This document shows positions 1 through 13,934 of a stretch of 64,000 nt of DNA, one piece after another. The position numbers and the translations under genes were made by a program. How positions within the stretch are numbered: the first letter of the stretch is position 1; the number at the start of each line of letters is the position of its first letter. The notes beneath the pieces are model-generated. The model saw only the letters and a program-made list of their open reading frames with translations, did no database searches and had not been told where the DNA came from. Location: the NCBI RefSeq assembly GCF_963921235.1, contig NC_086110.1, forward strand, positions 558,001 through 622,000. Reading direction: 5' to 3'. This DNA comes from Mobula hypostoma (taxonomy: Eukaryota).

Positions 1-39
1 AGTTTTGCTTTGACCCCAGCATCGGCAGATTATTTTGTG

Positions 40-1400
40 TTTATAGTTTTAAGGTGCTTGGAAGTAGGTACAGAGAGATGTCAGGGGTAAGTTTTTTTAC
101 ACAGAGAATGGTGCGTGCGTAGAATGGGCTGCTGGCGGTGGTGGTGGAGGCGGAAACGACAGGGTCTTTTAAGAGACTGCTGGATAGCAGCATGGAGCTT
201 AGAAAAATAGAGGGCTATTGGTAAACCCTAGGTCTTTCTAAGGTAAGGACATGTTCGGCACAGCTTTGTGCTGTATGTCTCCAATATTTCTATGTTAATA
301 TCGAATTTGACACAGTTTCTGTGATGCCGCGAGTAATTTGGAGGATTTCATAGAGTCATTGGGTCGGAGAGTTACAGAAAACTACAGCACAGAAACGAAC
401 CCTTCGGCCCATCCAGATCACTCAAACGATTTAAACTGCCTCGTCCCAATTGACCCGACCTCCTGATAATAGCCCTCCACAGTTCTCTCATCAATATACC
501 TGTGCAAACTTCTCTTTAACGTTGAAGTCCATGTGGATAACATCTACTGCCTGGCGTTAATTAACGTTCCTGGGAACATCCTCGAAAAACTCTGTAGGAT
601 TATTTAGGCACGACCTGCCAAGGACAAAGGCATGCTGATTACTCCTAATCAGTCGCTGTCTATACAAATACTTATATATCCAGTCTAATAGAATGCCTTC
701 AGATAGATATCTCTCTATTGGTGTTAAGCTCACCAGCCTAAAATTTTCTGTTTTATTTTCGATCCTTTCTTAAACATGGAACGACATTAGCTGTTCTCCA
801 ATTCTCCAATATCTCGCCTGTTCCTAAGGATGATTTAAATATCTCTGCGAAGACCTCTGGAGATTCTAGACTTGACAAGGGAAAACTTTGCATACCCTGG
901 TGGTTTTTCCTTTCTAATTTGCCTCAAGACGGCAAACACTTCCTCTTTCTTTGTAAGGTGCACAGGATTCATAACCTCGCTGGTGCTTCGCGTCACTTCT
1001 ATAGACGCCGTATTCGTCTCCCGAGCTAATAAAGATGTTAAACCTCCATGCAAAGTCTCACACACCCATTTTGGCTACAGGCAATGACTATTATTCTGAT
1101 TTTTCAAAGGACGAATTTTATCCGTTGCAGATATTTTCTCTTAACGTATCTGCAGAAGACCCTGAAATTCTCCTTCACCTTGTCTGCTAGAGCACTCGCG
1201 TCTTCCTTAAGCCATCCTGATCTCTGTCTTGAATATCCCCTTACATTTCTTAGACTTCTCAAGCACTTAATTCACTCCTACCTGCCTATAGTTGCCTTAC
1301 ACTTCATTTAGTGCTCTGCACTTTCTTTATTTTATTTAACTAGGTCCTCAATATCTCTGGAAAACCAAGGTTCTCCAAACCTGTCATCCTTGGCCTTTAT
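40..1400. mobile_element. CR1-type LINE fragments in both orientations
   Basis: 3' end on plus at about 40-280; decayed ORF2 on minus at about 380-1400. Confidence 0.6.
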
Positions 1401-3364
1401 TATGACAGACAATGGAAATTTCAGTTTCGAAGTATTATCACTTACCACGTACAGATTTGCCAGAAAGCAGCGAATCCCAATCCATACTTGTCAGATACAT
1501 TCGGAGTGGCAAAGGCGGCTTTTCTTCTGTTTAAAATTTCAGCCCAAGCAACAGACCCATCCCCTTTCTATAACTGCATTTAAACTAATGTCATTATGAT
1601 CATAGTGTTCCCCGATACAAACTTCTTTCACCTGCCGTGTATCTTTCCCTAATGGGATATCAGGAATTGGACACTATATCACACAAATTTCTAGAGGAAC
1701 TCAGCAGTCGAGGCAGCATCTATGGAAAAGAATACAGTCGATGTTATTGGCCAGCTCTCAGCTCAAAACGTCTACTGTCCTCCAGCATTTTGTCTATATT
1801 GCTTGGATTCCAGCATCTGCAGATTTTCTCTTGTTTCTGACTACACAGCATCTCGTTGGGATTTCCATGCAACGATTGAGGAGACGCCCTTGAGCACATT
1901 TCACAAACTGAATCCAATCTAGTGCTTTTACAGTATGGGCGTCCCAGACAATATGTGGAAATTGAAAATCATTTACTGTCGCAGCCTTATATTTCTGGCA
2001 GCAATCTGCGATGTTTCTACAAATGCGTTCCTCTATATGCCGCGGACTTTTGGGTGGTCTATTATGAAGCCCCAATAACGTACTTATTCAACGCTTCTGT
2101 TCATAGAACCTCACTGGATGAGTTCTCAAACCTGTCCTAACTGAGTAATGTCGTGCGATGCTCCCTGAATATAAAGCCGCCTTCATCCTTTAAACTCCCA
2201 CTCCCTATCACGTCTAAAGCAAAGGAACTCTGGAATATTGAGCTGCCAGTTCTACCCTCCTGCAAACAAATGTCAAGACTGGCTGTAATATCATAAATCT
2301 ATGTGCAGAACCATACCGTGAAAACATCTGCCTTTTCTACAATGCTTTTTGCTCTGAAGTATACGGAACTCAGGGCATTAGTCCCGCCATGCTGAGCCAT
2401 TTGTCTTGACTTTGTCTGAGGTCTTTGCAACCTCTGTGACCACAACCACTCTATTATCTGTTAAAGCACTCTGTTTCCTATCCCCCACTCCCAGAAACCC
2501 GCAACAAGGTTAACATCCCCCTCCCATCGTGCAGTACTAGCGGACCTTACTGCTGGAATATAAATTCCCTTATCCCCCTCCAGTTTAGATGCAGCCTGTC
2601 GTCTGTACAGGTCCCACCTTCACTGTAAGAGGCCCCATGTGCAGATATAGATTAATCTTCTAGGTACATACCAATGCGAATGATGTTCCAATCTAGTGGT
2701 TACAATAAATGTCCAAGTCGAAATTAACTAACAGGATCTAACTCAATGGCCACTTTATCATGTACACCTGTACACATGTTCGCTAACGCAAATCTACAAT
2801 GATCCAGCATACGGTAGCAGCTCAATGCATAAAAGCGTGCAGGCATAGTCAGCAGGTTCAGCTATTGCTCAGACAAACCAGTAGATTGTGGAACAAATGT
2901 GAACTAAGTTATTTTGACTGTGAAATCAATGATAGTGCCATATCGGGTGGTTTAATTATTCTTGGAACTGCTGATCTCCTATGATTTTCACGCACAGCCG
3001 TCTCGGGAGTTTACAGAGAATTGTGAGAAAAAAAAAACAAAAAACAACAAAACGCATCTTTCAATGAGGGCTAGTTTACTTATTGATTGATATACGCGCT
3101 GAATTGACCCGTCGGGCCCTCCCTCCCCGCTGACCAGTAACCCACCATCTAACCCTAACCTGCAGGATGATGTCTTTAGCACACGGGAGATTAACAATTT
3201 CGTTAACGTTTTGAGGAAGAGTTTTTCCCTGGTGTATGTTTACATCTGGAACACATTACCTGTGCGGGTGGTGGAGGAATGGATCTGTAGAACATCTTAG
3301 AAATATTTGAATAAACACCCGACATACAAGGCAAGGACAATTCCCTTGAAAATGGGATTATTTC

Positions 3365-5620
3365 AGAGACACATAATGCTGGAGGAACTCAGCAGGGCAG
3401 GCAGCAGATAGAAAAAAAAAAGAAACGTACACTCGACGTTTCATGTAAAAAACCTTAGGCAGGACTGGAGAAAACAAAAGCTGAGGAGTAGGTTTTTAAA
3501 GCGGAGAAGGAGAGAGGGAAACACAAAGTGATAGGTTAAAGCTGAAGGGGGGAGGGATGAGATGAAGAGTTGGGAAGTTGGTAAAGGAGACACAAGGCCA
3601 TCGTGAACGAAAAAAGAGGGAGGAGTACTAGAGAGAGGGAATGGGTGGAAAATGAGATAGAGTGAGAGAGGAAAAAGGGGATGGGAAATATTGAACGGTG
3701 GCGGGGGTGGGGAGATGGGGCCATTGCCGGAAGTTTGAGAAATGGATGTTCATGCCATCAGGTTGGAGGCTAGTCAAACAGATTATAAGGTTGTTCCTTC
3801 AACCTGAGTGCAGCCTCATCATGACAGTGGAGGAGGCATTAGAGAGATATGTCGGATTGGAAGTAAAGTGGGTGGCCACCGGGTGAACCGGGTTTTCAGA
3901 CGGACGGAGAATAGGAACTTGGCGAAGCGGTCTCTGAATCTACGTTGAGTCTTGCTGATATACAGGAGGCGACACGGGCAACACCGGACACCATGAACCC
4001 AGTAGACTCACAGGTCCACTGTGAAGTGTTGCATCACCTGGAAGGACTGTTTAGCGACTTGAATGATCGTGAGGGAGGAGGTGTAGGGGCAGGTGTAGCA
4101 CTTGTTCCGCTTGCAAGGATGTCCAGGGAGGGAGATAAGTGGGGAAGGACGATTGGACAAGGGAGTCGCGTAGGGAACAATCCCTGTGGAATGCTGAAAG
4201 TGGGAGATAGCGAAAGATGTGATTGATGGTGGGATTTCATTGGAGATGGTGGAAGCTCCGGATAATGTATGTGCTTGGCACGGAGGCTGGAGGTGTGATA
4301 GGTGAGGACAAGAGAAACCCTATCCTTGATAGAGAAGGGGAGGCTGGGGAAAGTGCAGACGGTCGTGAATGGGAAGAGATGCGGTGAGGGCAGAGTTGAT
4401 GGTGGAGGAACGGAAGCCCCGTTCTTTGAAAAAGACAGACATCTCCTTCTTTCTCGGCTGAAAATCCTCCGCCTGATAGCAGAAGAGGTGGAGGCCTGGG
4501 AATTCAGAGAAGTGGTTAGCGTTTTTCACGAGTACCAGGGTGGAAAGAAATATAGACCAGACAGCTGTGAGAGTCTGTGAGTATATGATAGACATGAGTA
4601 GATAACCTGTCTCCAGCGATACAGACTGTGAGATCGAGAAACGGGAGTGAGGTGTCAGAACTGGACGAGGTAAATTTGATTGCAGAGTGGATTAATTCGA
4701 TGAATTCAATGATATAGCGTAGGAAAATTGCGGGATGATCACCAGTGTAGGCGTGGAACATAGACTTGTAGACGCAGCCGACATTCAAGCAGGCATAGCT
4801 GGGACCCAACTTTGCCTCCAACTTCCATGCTCTCCTTAAATTTACTCAGGATAGGGTTCCTATTGCATTCGTAACAGGTGCTACATTTACGCCTTCACCT
4901 CCTCCCTCACTACCATTCAGGGCACTAAACAGTCCTTCTAGGTGAGGCGACACTTCATGTGGGACTCTGTTGGGGTCATATACCGTGTCCGGTGCTGCCC
5001 GCGTGGCCTCCTGTATATCAGCGATACCCGACGTAGACAAAGCGACCATTTCGCCGAGCTGTTACGCTCCGTCCGCCTGAAAAAGCGGGTTCTCCCGGTG
5101 GCCACTCATTTTAATTCCATTTCCCATTCCCGTTCCGATGTGTCTTTCCATGGTCACTTCCACTGTCGTGATGAGGCCACACTTAGGTTGAAGGAAGAAC
5201 ACCTTATATTCCGTTTGGGTAGCCTCCAACCTGATGGCAAGAGCATCGATGACTCAAACTAACGGTAATGCCCCCACCCTCCATCCCCATTTCCCATCCA
5301 CTTTCCCTCTCTCACCTCATCTCCTTGCCCGCCCAGCGCCTCCTTCTAGTGCTGACCCGCTGTTCTTTATCCATGGCCTTCTGTCTCTGTGACCAATTTA
5401 CATCTCCGCTCCTTACTTCATCCACTCCCCTTTCAGTATTTCTCCTATCACCTCTCCGCTCCACCGACTTTATAAACCTACTCCTCAGCTTTTACATATC
5501 TAGTCTTGCGGAAAGATTTCGGCCCGAAACGTCAGCTGTACTCTTTTTGTAGATGCAGACAGGCCTGCTGAGTTCCTCCGGCATTGTGCGTGTGTTGCTC
5601 AGATTTCCAGCAGTTGCAGC
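3365..5620. mobile_element. Penelope-like element with inverted (tail-to-tail) structure
   Basis: Minus arm with RT C-terminal relic (LPFLDL) and GIY-YIG; plus arm with GVIYRVRC..LLYISDTRR GIY-YIG; both arms end in the same terminal repeat. Confidence 0.8.
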
Positions 5621-5919
5621 TGTGAGCATTTCGGAGAGCTGGGGTGTGGTGGTTTCACATGATTGGTTAAATGTCCTGGTACATATTGTATGATTCGTTA
5701 ACTCTACTTCTTGTGGAAATATAATTCAGAAAATGGAAGTCGCCAAGAAGCTGAATTTGTATTATTTTTTTCTTCATGCAATTCTGAACCTGAAAAAAAG
5801 CTAGAAAATGAACGAGATGAAAGGTAATTAGTCAGCAGAAAAAATGTACGTAGTTGTCGGTTTGCAGGATGCAAACTGAACAATCTGTTGACAACAAACA
5901 CGAGATAATATGCAAATGC

Positions 5920-6460
5920 TGGAAATCTAAAGCAACACACACAAAATGCTGGAGGAACTCTGCAAACCAAGTAGCATTTATAGCCAAGAGTAAACAGTCG
6001 AGGTTTTAGGCAAGATCCTCAATCAGGATTGGAAGTGAAGGGAAGAAGTCAGAGTAAGAAGGACAGAGGGACAGGTGAGGATGAAGTAAAAGCTGGCAGG
6101 TGATAGGTGAAACCGGGAAAGGAGGAAGGGCCTGACGTAAAGAACTGGGAAGTTGATTGGTGGAAGAAATAAAGGTCTGGAGGGGGAGTTTGATAGCAGA
6201 AGGCAGTAGATCATGATAGAAAAGGAATGCATGACAGAAGTGATGGGCAGGTAAGAAGAGAAGCTGTGAGAAAGAAACAAGAATGGGGAATAGTGAGGGA
6301 GAGGAGGGTGCCGGGGGGTGGGGGGGGAGCAGGCGGGCGGATGGGAAGCAATTGGCGGAGTTTCGAGAAATCAATGTTCATGCCATCAGGTTGGAGGCTA
6401 CCCTGGCGGAATATGAGGCGTTGCTCCTCCAAATGGAGTGTAACCTCATTGTGGCAGTAG
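5920..6460 (-). mobile_element. Penelope-like 3' fragment
   Basis: EEQRLIFRQGSLQPDGMNIDFS plus terminal repeat. Confidence 0.75.
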
Positions 6461-9131
6461 AGGTACTGTTTAAGTCAGTAGCGAAACACTGCAGTGAAAT
6501 CAGTTGGAAAGTCATGAACATTAATTCGCTGACTTGTCCAAGTTTCGTGGACACATGGTCCACAGAAGATGTTTAACTGTTCCGGTGTTATGTTTTGATC
6601 CCGAAACTGCTATCAGTTGCTGAGATTTCATGGTATAGAACGCTGCTGGTAACCAAAAAATTCTCAGGGAAAATGGAGCAACGCAAAACACGCTGACTGA
6701 TCTCGCCAGGTGAACAGACATTCTACTTTTTCGATCGAGACCTTTCTTCAGGCCGTAACGTCCCCTTTGAATGTTATTTTGATAGATATTTGCATATATT
6801 AAAGAGTTACAATTACAAATCTTCCATAAATAGTCATCCAATTTGTTACATCATTTTCCACTTTAATCATATGTGCTTATTTCATTATTAAATAAATAGT
6901 CTGAATCATGCCTAAAACGGATCTTCACGCAACATTATTACATAGAAACATAGAAACACAGAAAATAGGTGCAGGAGTAGGCCAGTCGGTCCTTCGATCC
7001 TGCACCGCCATTCAGTATGATCATGGCTGATCATCCAACTCAGAACCCTGTACCAGTCTTCCCTCCATACCCCCGATCCCTTTAGTCACCAGGGCCATAT
7101 CTACCTCCCTCTTAAATATAGCCAATGAACTGGTCTCAACTGTTTCCTGTGGTAGAGAATTCCACAGATTCATCACTCTCTGTGTGAAGAATGTTTTCCT
7201 AATCTAGGTCCTAAAAGGCTTTCCCTTTATCCTCAAACTGTGACTATGAATTATTAGTGAAGTTGAACGTTTTGCAGTTGTGATGAACATTACCGACGCT
7301 GGGCAACACGCATTCAGTTAGGTTAACACCAGAAACTCTACAGGAGACATTGATGTAAAAACAGGTGTTTGAAGAACAGCAAATTTGAAATGTGATTTGC
7401 ATCGTAACCAGCATTAAATCGCATTTTTGTTGAAAAAGAATTGCCGATTGGGATTAATTAAAAATATTTCAGTTGCGAAGAGTGACATATCAGTCAAGTG
7501 TCATCGTATTACCGTGTAAGTCTCCGAATTAATAGTGTATCAATAAAAGATGCGTTTTTGTGACGTAATTACAACAAATTAACACCTTAAGTTAAAGAAG
7601 AAATACACTTGATGATGATATTCTGAAACATTTCATTACAGACTATTCACGGATAGCATGAAAGTCAAACTGAAGAAATCAATGTCAACGCGGACTACTC
7701 CATCAAAACATAATCACCCATATACTGCAGCTATATATAATTATTTCAAGCTCCTCTAATTGCAGTTGTTGCTTTTTTAAACCAATAATGCCAAGGTTGG
7801 CCGCAGTCATTGAATTCGGTATCAGAATTCAGATTTCGAGGTCACATTCAACGATAGCAAGGATCAGCGTACAACTGAAGTGGGCATGCTCATTAAGTTC
7901 AGAGGTTGCATCATAACGAACTGCAATTGGATGTATATGGCTATTGAGGTACTATGCAGAAAACAGAGGAAGCGCCGTGAATAATTGATATTTTACGTTT
8001 ATAATTTTAACACCCTAGCTAATTGGTATACTGCAGATACTGCAGATTGTGAATAAGATAAATTTATATTTTCATGACTGAGGTTATAAATGACTTCCCG
8101 GAATATTTATAATTGTTGTGGAATTCAGCCTGTAAAATATTAAAAATATCAAACATTAATGCTCAGTCAATAATATTTTGATCGAGGAGGTGATTATAGT
8201 GTAAAAATGCTGAATGATGAGCCAGCATTTTTAAAATTCTTCAAAACACCTTTGATGTATTTATCACACCTGTGAAAAACGCCATCAATGTGCTAAGGTA
8301 ATTAAGAAAGAGTTTTTAAACATCCATTCAAAAGATGACATTTAATTTTTTTGCACAAAGGCTAAAAACCAGTTGATGCATTTCAATTCTTCAAGGAAGA
8401 TCTTCCATGTTGGTCTTGGATTAATGATTTCAATAATCTTGGTAAACAAGGTACATTATACACATACATTACCTTTTATGGCTAAACTGAGACATGTAAT
8501 GTTTCTCGACAAATAACCGAATCATAGCACGGGAATCACACGATTTGTTCCATTTTTGTTACGTGTGATCTTTTCCCCTCTTCATGTTGACACCTATGTC
8601 ATGGGAGGACGGTTCTGAGCATCTATCCTCATCTGCAACTTTTCTGACATTATTTGCAGCCAGGAAAACAACCTCAGCCTGTCTCATATTTCCCATTAAC
8701 TAAAATCCTCCCAATCTGCCAATATTCTGGTGAACTTCTTACGGAGCAACCACACCCATCGTGTCACTTGGCGACTTGACCGACACACAATATTTTAAAT
8801 CTGCCCTTATTAGTATTGTGTGAATCTACCATGTAACGTTTCAGCACTTGTTTTGGGGTGCTACGGTAGGTTAACAGCTGGCGCGATTCTGTTACAGCTT
8901 GGGGAGATGGATTTCTATTCCAGCGCCATCTATAGGTAGTTGTCACGTGCTCTCCGTGAACCGCATGACGTTGGTCCAGATTCTTCTCACAGTCCAAAGA
9001 CGTACCCTTGCTCCTGTTTCCGTTTCCAGCGATTTACCGGTTAATAGTTTAAATAGTCATTGCAAATTGCCATGTAAGTAGGTTTGTGTTAAAGAGATGT
9101 TTTGCTGGGCCATTGGGAAGTAACGGCCTGT

Positions 9132-9271
9132 NNNNNNNNNNNNNNNNNNNNNNNNNNNNNNNNNNNNNNNNNNNNNNNNNNNNNNNNNNNNNNNNNNNNN
9201 NNNNNNNNNNNNNNNNNNNNNNNNNNNNNNNNNNNNNNNNNNNNNNNNNNNNNNNNNNNNNNNNNNNNNNN
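9132..9271. other. Assembly gap (140 N)
   Basis: run of N. Confidence 1.
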
Positions 9272-11010
9272 ACAATTGAATGCGTTTTCTTCACAATCCT
9301 CTGTACACATGTTGCGTCTTTCAAGGACATATAGCCATGGAGCCCAATGTCTCTCTGTTGAGCCACTTTCCCCCAAATCCTGCCATTTAAGTTGAGAAAC
9401 TGCAACGGTAAAAGAACCATTATGGGGATCGTATGTAGGCCTCCAAACAGTAGCCAATAGGCGAGGTTGAGATACAAAGGGAGCAGCAAAGGCCATGTAA
9501 TAAGGGTAATGACACAATTGCAATAGGGGTCTTCACTATGAAAAGCATTTGGGAAAACAAGGTTGGTGTCAGATCACAAGAAAGCGAATTTGTGGAAAGC
9601 CTACGAGATGGCTTTTCAGAGACGCCTACCAGGGGAAAGGCTACCTTAGATTTGGTGCTGTTTAATAGCTCCGATGTTATTAGTCCGTATAACGTAAAGG
9701 ATCCCTTAGGAGGCAGTCATCACAATATGATTGAATTCGTACTGCAGTTTGAGAGGTAGAAGCAAAAGTCAAGTGTATCAGTTTCCCTATGGAATAAAGG
9801 GAATTCCACAGGCATGAGAGAAGAGCTTTCTCATGTTGATTAGAGGGAGATACTGGCGGGGATGATGGTAGAACAGAGGTGGCTGAAGTTTCTGGGAATA
9901 GTTCACAGGACGTAAGATAGATATGCCGCACAGCAGAAGCTGTTCTCACGTGGAAGGGGTAGGCAACGGTGGTGGAAGAAGTACAGTCAACGTTTTAGGT
10001 CGAGACCCTTCGTCAGGACATGACTGACGGCACTACATCCTACAGATGCTGCCTGACCAGGTGCGTTCCACCAGCATTTTGTGGGAACTTAATAAGTAGC
10101 TTGCTTCGGTCTTCACTGTGGAAGACACTAGCTATGTGATAGAGACTCGTGGGTGTCAGAGGGCAGAAGTGAGTACCATTGCTATTACAAAGTAAAACGT
10201 GCTAGAGATATTGAAAAGGTCCTATGATCGGTAAGTTATCTGGACCAGATGGATAACAACCCAGAGTCGTAAGCTAAGGCCAGTGACCGCAGAATACAGA
10301 TAGTAGAACACAAACAGTCTGTGGTCCATGTCTCTACCCTACAGACCATGATGCTTAGGCCAGAGACCGTTGACCTCAGACCATACAGCTTAGGGCAAGA
10401 GTCGTAAAAAAGGTTACTAAGGAGATAACAGATGCATTGATCATGATCCTTCAAGCATTGTGGCATGAAGCCGGATGATTGGAATACTCTAAGTGTCACG
10501 CCACTCTTTAGGAACAGAGGAAGACTAAAGAGAAGAAATTGTAGGTCAATTAGTCCTACCACGGTGATTGAGAAATTGCTGCATTCCATGATTAAAGACA
10601 ACGTTTCGGGGTACTTGGAGACTAATGACAAAATAGGTAAAGTCAGCATTGTTTCTGTTAAGGGAAGTCCTGCCTAACAAATCTACTAGAAATCGTCGAT
10701 GAAATAACAAGCAAGGTGAGCAAATGAGAGCCAGTGGATGTAGATTACTCAGATTTTTGGAAGGCGTTTAATAAGGTTTTAATATGATATGATATTGTAT
10801 CTTCCTGCATCTAGCTTGTCCAATCCCTTTAGGATCTTATACGTTTCAATCAGATCCCCCCTCAATCTTCTAAATTCCAACGAGTACAAGCACAGTTCAT
10901 CCAGTCTTTCTTCATATGAAAGTCCTGCCATCCCAGGAATCAATCTGGTGAACCTTCTTTGTACTCCCTCTATGGCAAGGATGTCTTTCCTCAGATTAGG
11001 GGACCAAAAC
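9272..11010. mobile_element. CR1-type APE/RT relics (plus) with a Penelope terminal repeat and a minus-strand CR1 end
   Basis: LDLVLFN..GGSHHNMIEF APE relic; VTPLFRNRGR..NCRSISPT RT relic. Confidence 0.65.
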
Positions 11011-13830
11011 GTCAGGAGTGTGGACGTGACGGATACGGATATCCTTTATTTCAGTACCTTTTATAAAAATACGCTGCACGAAATTCTTATAAATCCACAT
11101 TTATGGTTATGAGAGTTTAGAGTTTCTAATTATCTAATTCTGTATAAGGTGGTGATTTGAATACATTTAACCGCCAATTAAACCTTTTTGAACTGAAGGT
11201 GCTTTGCAATAAAGGAAGTGAAGCAAACCGAGTGAACAGAAGTACCTCTACAAGAAAGAAAGAACAAGTAATTGGGGGAAAGTAGAACGAGATCTCCAGA
11301 AAGCAATAAGCGATAGATTTAATTCAAAATTATTAGTCAGCCATTTTGTATATCCTCTGAGATACGGTTCTTAAAGCTGAAAATGTGATGAAATCTTTGT
11401 AATGCAATTTGAAACCTAATGATGAGGGGTAATCAAAAAGGAGTATACATGACACCTTAGAACCTCGACTTTCCAAAACGCTATTCGTCGCACCAGTAAT
11501 CACTTATGACGTGTTATGTAAAAATGAAACTTAAAGAACTGAACATGTCAATATAAACATGTGTTTTTCAATCACAGTTGTTTAGTGCTGGATTTCGAAA
11601 AAGAGTACATTCTTGTGGGTTGACATACAATGATGGACTAATTTCTCTTCCTGGACATAAACTATAACTTAAATATGTTTCTATTATCCATACATAAACG
11701 AGTGTGCCAATGCCACTACAATCACGCTGTAATGGAAATATCGTTTCTATTACAGCGCCTCTGAAGCTTGAGAGAATTCCAGGCATCAAAGTATAAGATG
11801 TGTTTGAGATTGCTTTCAAGATGAATCTGGTTACCTTTAAGCAGCAAGTTGAAAATAAGGAACTACGGTGACTTCTAATGAAACAAAGGTCAAGGACGTG
11901 CTTCCTGAAACAGACAACCTTCTGGACTTGGCTATCTCTCAAGTTTGGGTAATACTCAGAATTAAAAAAAATAACTCAGGGTTTCAAAGGTTTAAAGGTC
12001 TAATGTAATATCAAAGAAATGTATAAATATACATTCTGAAATGTTTTTTTTTCTTCTCAAACATCCACAAAAGCAGAGAAATGCCCCGAAGAATTAACGA
12101 CAGATAAACCTAAGAACCTCAAAGTCCCCACAGCTCCCCTCCTTCCGGCGCGTAAGCGACAGCGTGCAACAATCCCCCCTCCCTACACCGGTACAAAAAC
12201 AGGAGCATTGATACCTCCACCGAGCAGTCAAGCGTAAACAAAGCAATAGCAAAGACACAAACGTGCAGTTACCGCAAAGACGTCGCGTTTTAGCCGGTAT
12301 ACGACATATGACGGGTTCTCTCTCTCCCTAATAAGTTAGGTAGCTTTTTTTTTCGAGCTCTGTGCCTGAAGATCGCAAAGACCTCGGGTCTTCGGGCACA
12401 CAGCTGTAGATTTTCCGACTCCCCCGACGACACACAGGTCTCCTGCAGTGACACCGACCCTCGTTCGGCCCGTTTCCACAGCCCCCAGATCCTAGGCTTT
12501 CGAATCCGAGCCGGACTCATACGCCGAACCCTTGGTGTGCCGAACAACGGCCAATCCTGAAACCCCGAGAACGGGTCCCGGGACCCGACATCTGCGTGTA
12601 ACTCCAGATCAGGGTCTTCAACAGAACCTTGAAAGGGCAAAATAAAGATATTACTTCTCAGATACTGTTCGGGTCAAATTTGACTCGTTTTGACATTTGA
12701 CAGCAGTAAAAACACCTTAAATGTCTTTTTCTGTAGCCGAAATTTGATGAGTTTTCCTAAAGTGACTTAAAATGCGCAAACATGAAAATACTTAAACATT
12801 TTATACTTTTGAACAGGTGCTAGAATTTGTTGTACATAGAGGATATTCCAGATCAAATTTGACACGTATCTACTGAATTTAAAACCTAACGAAGGGTCTC
12901 GGCCCGAAACATCGACTGTACCTCTTCCTGTAGATGCTGCTTGACCTGCTGTGTTCATCAGCATTTTTAGTGTGGGTTGCTGTATATTGAAAGGATTTTA
13001 GATCTCTAAAACATTCATTAAGAATTAATGCACATTGAGGCTGTCCCGGTCAAATTTGACCAGTATCTATTGAAATGGAATGTAGATCTCTGAAACATTA
13101 ATCATCTCTTTATTAATGTCAGATACGCTATTTATATATTGTAAATAGATCTGTAGTTCAAAATTTGGTATAGACACTTGCTAGAAGGGGATTCTTGGGC
13201 CGAGTCAAAATCGAAGGTACAGAATATGAACACGTTGCCTGGGTTAAAAATGGAAATAGAGCTGTTTCCGAAGATGTAAGCAAAGTAGTCGCCGTTTAGC
13301 TGCGATTTAACTTCGCTCAGCCTCCCAGATTTAATGTACAAAAATAGCTGTACACATAAAATATTTCGGAACTTCTTTTATTACAGCGATAACTGTATTG
13401 ATACAGGAGAGATAAAATTATTGATGGTATGAGCAGTCAACCCACTACAGGAGTGAAAAAAAAACTCTACAATATTACACGCAGTTTATTGTAGAGCTGC
13501 TGGACTCGTCGTGCAGTAGAAGGTGCTATAGGGAAAACTGTTCCTGAGAGACTTATATTTAGTACATCTGAGTCGGTGTGTGTTATTTCAGAAAATAATA
13601 TAGAATGACAGCCTACAAAATCATTAAAGACTACTTCAGATCTTTAGCATGCTTTAATTATCTTTTCAAGAATACCCAGATGGATCTGAAATGGCAACTA
13701 ATGAAGACAATTTGTTATCTTGGAGAGAGAAAAAAACATTAAAATAATTAACGTCACAAATAACTAACACCAATAGTTAATTCATGGCTTATTACTTCTA
13801 GTTATTATTGTGAAATGTTTACCTTTTGAA

Positions 13831-13934
13831 TTAGAATGATTGCAAATAATTGACGATGAGCGCGATGCCCACTGTTATTACCAACAGACCCAGCAGAATT
13901 CGACACAGATTAATGCCTTGAGCCCACCGGGCTG
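13831..13934 (-). CDS. Gene A exon 4: transmembrane segment with Arg plus very short tail (activating type)
   Basis: tgtttcctag| acceptor, phase 1; AARWAQGINLCRILLGLLVITVGIALIVNYLQSF*; AAAAG|gtaaac donor 8 nt after the stop; linkage to the C1 exon is inferred from phase and position. Confidence 0.75.

Noticed and set aside
8361-8450. Plus-strand TM-like exon (RKIFHVGLGLMISIILVNK)
   Set aside because: Hydrophobic run of only about 15 aa; phase 0-0 is incompatible with Ig exons; no partner exons found on plus.
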